Part shown: piece after piece, positions 62,401 through 64,000 of the stretch
How the letters are laid out: the number at the start of each line of letters is the position of its first letter
How positions within the stretch are numbered: position 1 is the first letter of the stretch
Assembly: GCA_004431415.1 (NCBI GenBank)
Contig: QPMI01000473.1
Location: forward strand, 103,993-167,992
Origin: Cyanophora paradoxa CCMP329
Lineage: Eukaryota > Plantae > Glaucophyta
Direction of reading: 5' to 3'
Length of the DNA stretch: 64,000 nt
The notes under the pieces: generated by a model
The model's database searches: none
The model's input: only the letters and a program-made list of their open reading frames with translations
What the model was told of the DNA's origin: nothing
Program-made: the position numbers and the translations under genes

Positions 62401-62475
62401 CGAGTCGACGCGCGCGAGGGAGGGCCGGTCGTCGCGCAGCCGCGCCGTGAGCGGCCCGGCAGGCATCGGGGACAT
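59461..62475 (-). CDS. Hypothetical protein with two PPC-like beta-sandwich repeats (paralogue B); 3' end approximate
   Basis: FSGHAALQPGEQVFDRCARSQFKFYR, GNPDLYASYQHDMPN, LRVFVSTRHRYPS, GVFYAAVEC. Exon layout largely matches paralogue A. Confidence 0.6.
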
Positions 62476-63254
62476 CCCTCCGCAACCTTTGCGAAGATTT
62501 CAGGGGCGCGCGGCCTCGCCGACGACTGAAGCTCAAGTCTGAGCCTCAGCAATGAGCCGGACAAACCGCTCTGCGCGCCGCTGTACGACGCACGGCTCGC
62601 TGACGTGCCACGCACGCGCAGCGTTGGAGGCTTGCTGGAGCCGCGTCACGATCTCAGGCTCACAAAAACCAGAGGGATCTGCTGCTAAATCTGCCGCTCG
62701 AACTCAGGCCTAGGATTCGCCCGGCTGCCGAGTGCGCATCCTAGCTAGGCGTGGGGCTCAGCAGCCTGCTAGGTTGTTGGCTGAACATCGCAGCTTTGCG
62801 GGTGGCGCCGGCTCGAGCGTCTCGATGCTAGCTTGGCAAAGCTTGCAGCGGGTGGGGGGGGGAGGGGAGAGGGGGTACGTTCATCCGCTTGCCGTGGCGC
62901 GGCCCATGGACTTGCACCGCGGCGTACGTGCACGGCCGGCGCCGGCGCCGCGGTCGATGACCCGATCGCATGCGCTTGCGCCTACTAGGCTAGACCTTGA
63001 ACGTCGACGTCAACCTTAAGCTTTAGCTGAGCTTCATGCGATCGCCGAGACGACGTCGCGACCCTGCAGCTGCCGCAGTGCAGCTAGCGCCGGCCATCAT
63101 GGCATATGGGCGCATCCGGCGGAGCGAGGGGGACCCAGGAATTGCAAGATCTAGATCTAGACCCGCGCCTCCCGCCGCACTGCGGCATGCGTACGCGTCA
63201 GCAGCGTCACTGGTGGGGGCCGAGGCCGGCCACATGCGTATGCGTTGAGGCGCG

Positions 63255-64000
63255 CTACCAGACCTCGCAGCGCTCCTCTGGGGGCGGGTTGAGCGGGGCG
63301 CCGGCGGGGCAGCTGAAGGCGCGGGCGAACTCGGGGAAGGAGGAGAGGGGCCCGTGGACGCGGAACTGGGCGGGGGCGTGCGGGTCCGAGCGGAGCGCGA
63401 CCGCCTGGTACCCGGGGCTCGCCTTCTCGCACCAGCCCTGCGCGAAGGCGACGAAGAAGAGCTGGTCCGGCGTGAGCAGCGCGGTCGGCGACGCGTCCGC
63501 CCGCTCCCCGCCCCGCGCCGCCTTCCACGACTGGTACGCGAACCACGCCAGCCGCACCCCGCCCATGTCCGCGATGTTCTCCCCTGCCGGCGCCGGCCCG
63601 CGTCAGCCCGGCGGGGCGGGGCGGGGCGGGGCGGGGCGCGCCCAAGGTCAGCTTGGGGTTGACGGGGCCCTCCGGGAGGGCGTAGGCGCCGTACTTGCGC
63701 TGGACGCACTGCGCGCGCGCCTCGAACTCGCGCTCCGACGCCGCGCTCCACCACTCGGCCACGCGGCCGGCCGCGTCGAACTTGCGCCCGTTGTGGTCGA
63801 AGCCGTGCGTCAGCTCGTGGCCCATCGTCGCCCCGATGCCCCCGAAGTTCATCGCGGCGGGGTAGCTGCTCGAATAGGAGGGCTCCTGGATGATCCCCGC
63901 GGGGAAGACCATCTCGTTCATCGACGGGTTGTAGTAGGCGTTGACCGTCGGCGCCGTCATCTGCCAGCGGACGCGGTCCACGGGTCCGCCCAGGCGGCCC
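63255..64000 (-). CDS. Peptidase M13 (neprilysin/ECE/PepO family), C-terminal part; runs off the window
   Basis: VNAYY, NFGGIGATMGHELTHGFD, spliced LGENIADMGG, DPHAP..FRV.G, RCEVW*. Confidence 0.93.

Noticed and set aside
1-64000. tRNA, rRNA or snRNA genes; introner-type repeated introns
   Set aside because: No RNA gene was recognisable by eye. Intron similarity is limited to paralogous genes and simple pentamer runs.

Overview
Eukaryotic nuclear DNA, very GC-rich in genes and packed with short (about 50-90 nt) spliceosomal introns, so most six-frame ORFs are artefacts and the genes had to be spliced by eye. The style suggests an algal or protist genome. A glaucophyte such as Cyanophora is plausible but is only a guess. 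From left to right: (1) the right part of a gag-only LTR retroelement (Zn knuckle, PPT, 281-bp LTR); (2) a TmcB/TmcC-like multi-TM/TPR gene; (3) a minus-strand chromatin gene joining three HMG boxes to a BRWD/PHIP-ARF-type DD/AD (cryptic Tudor) domain and a bromo-like remnant; (4) a multi-GAF hybrid histidine kinase; (5) a SETD3/Rubisco-LSMT-type SET methyltransferase; (6) a TA-flanked MITE interrupted by an L1/Tx1-clade LINE whose ORF2 carries an unusual ~550-600-aa C-terminal extension (C2H2 finger plus Pro/Ser/Arg-rich tail); (7) a class I SAM methyltransferase; (8) a relic and an inverted paralogue of the kinase; (9) two tandem paralogues with PPC-like beta-sandwich repeats; (10) the 3' end of an M13 peptidase. 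Across the window, GC-AG introns are unusually common and donors follow G(T/C)(G/C)CGC. All domain calls come from motif recognition, not database searches, and gene ends are approximate where stated.
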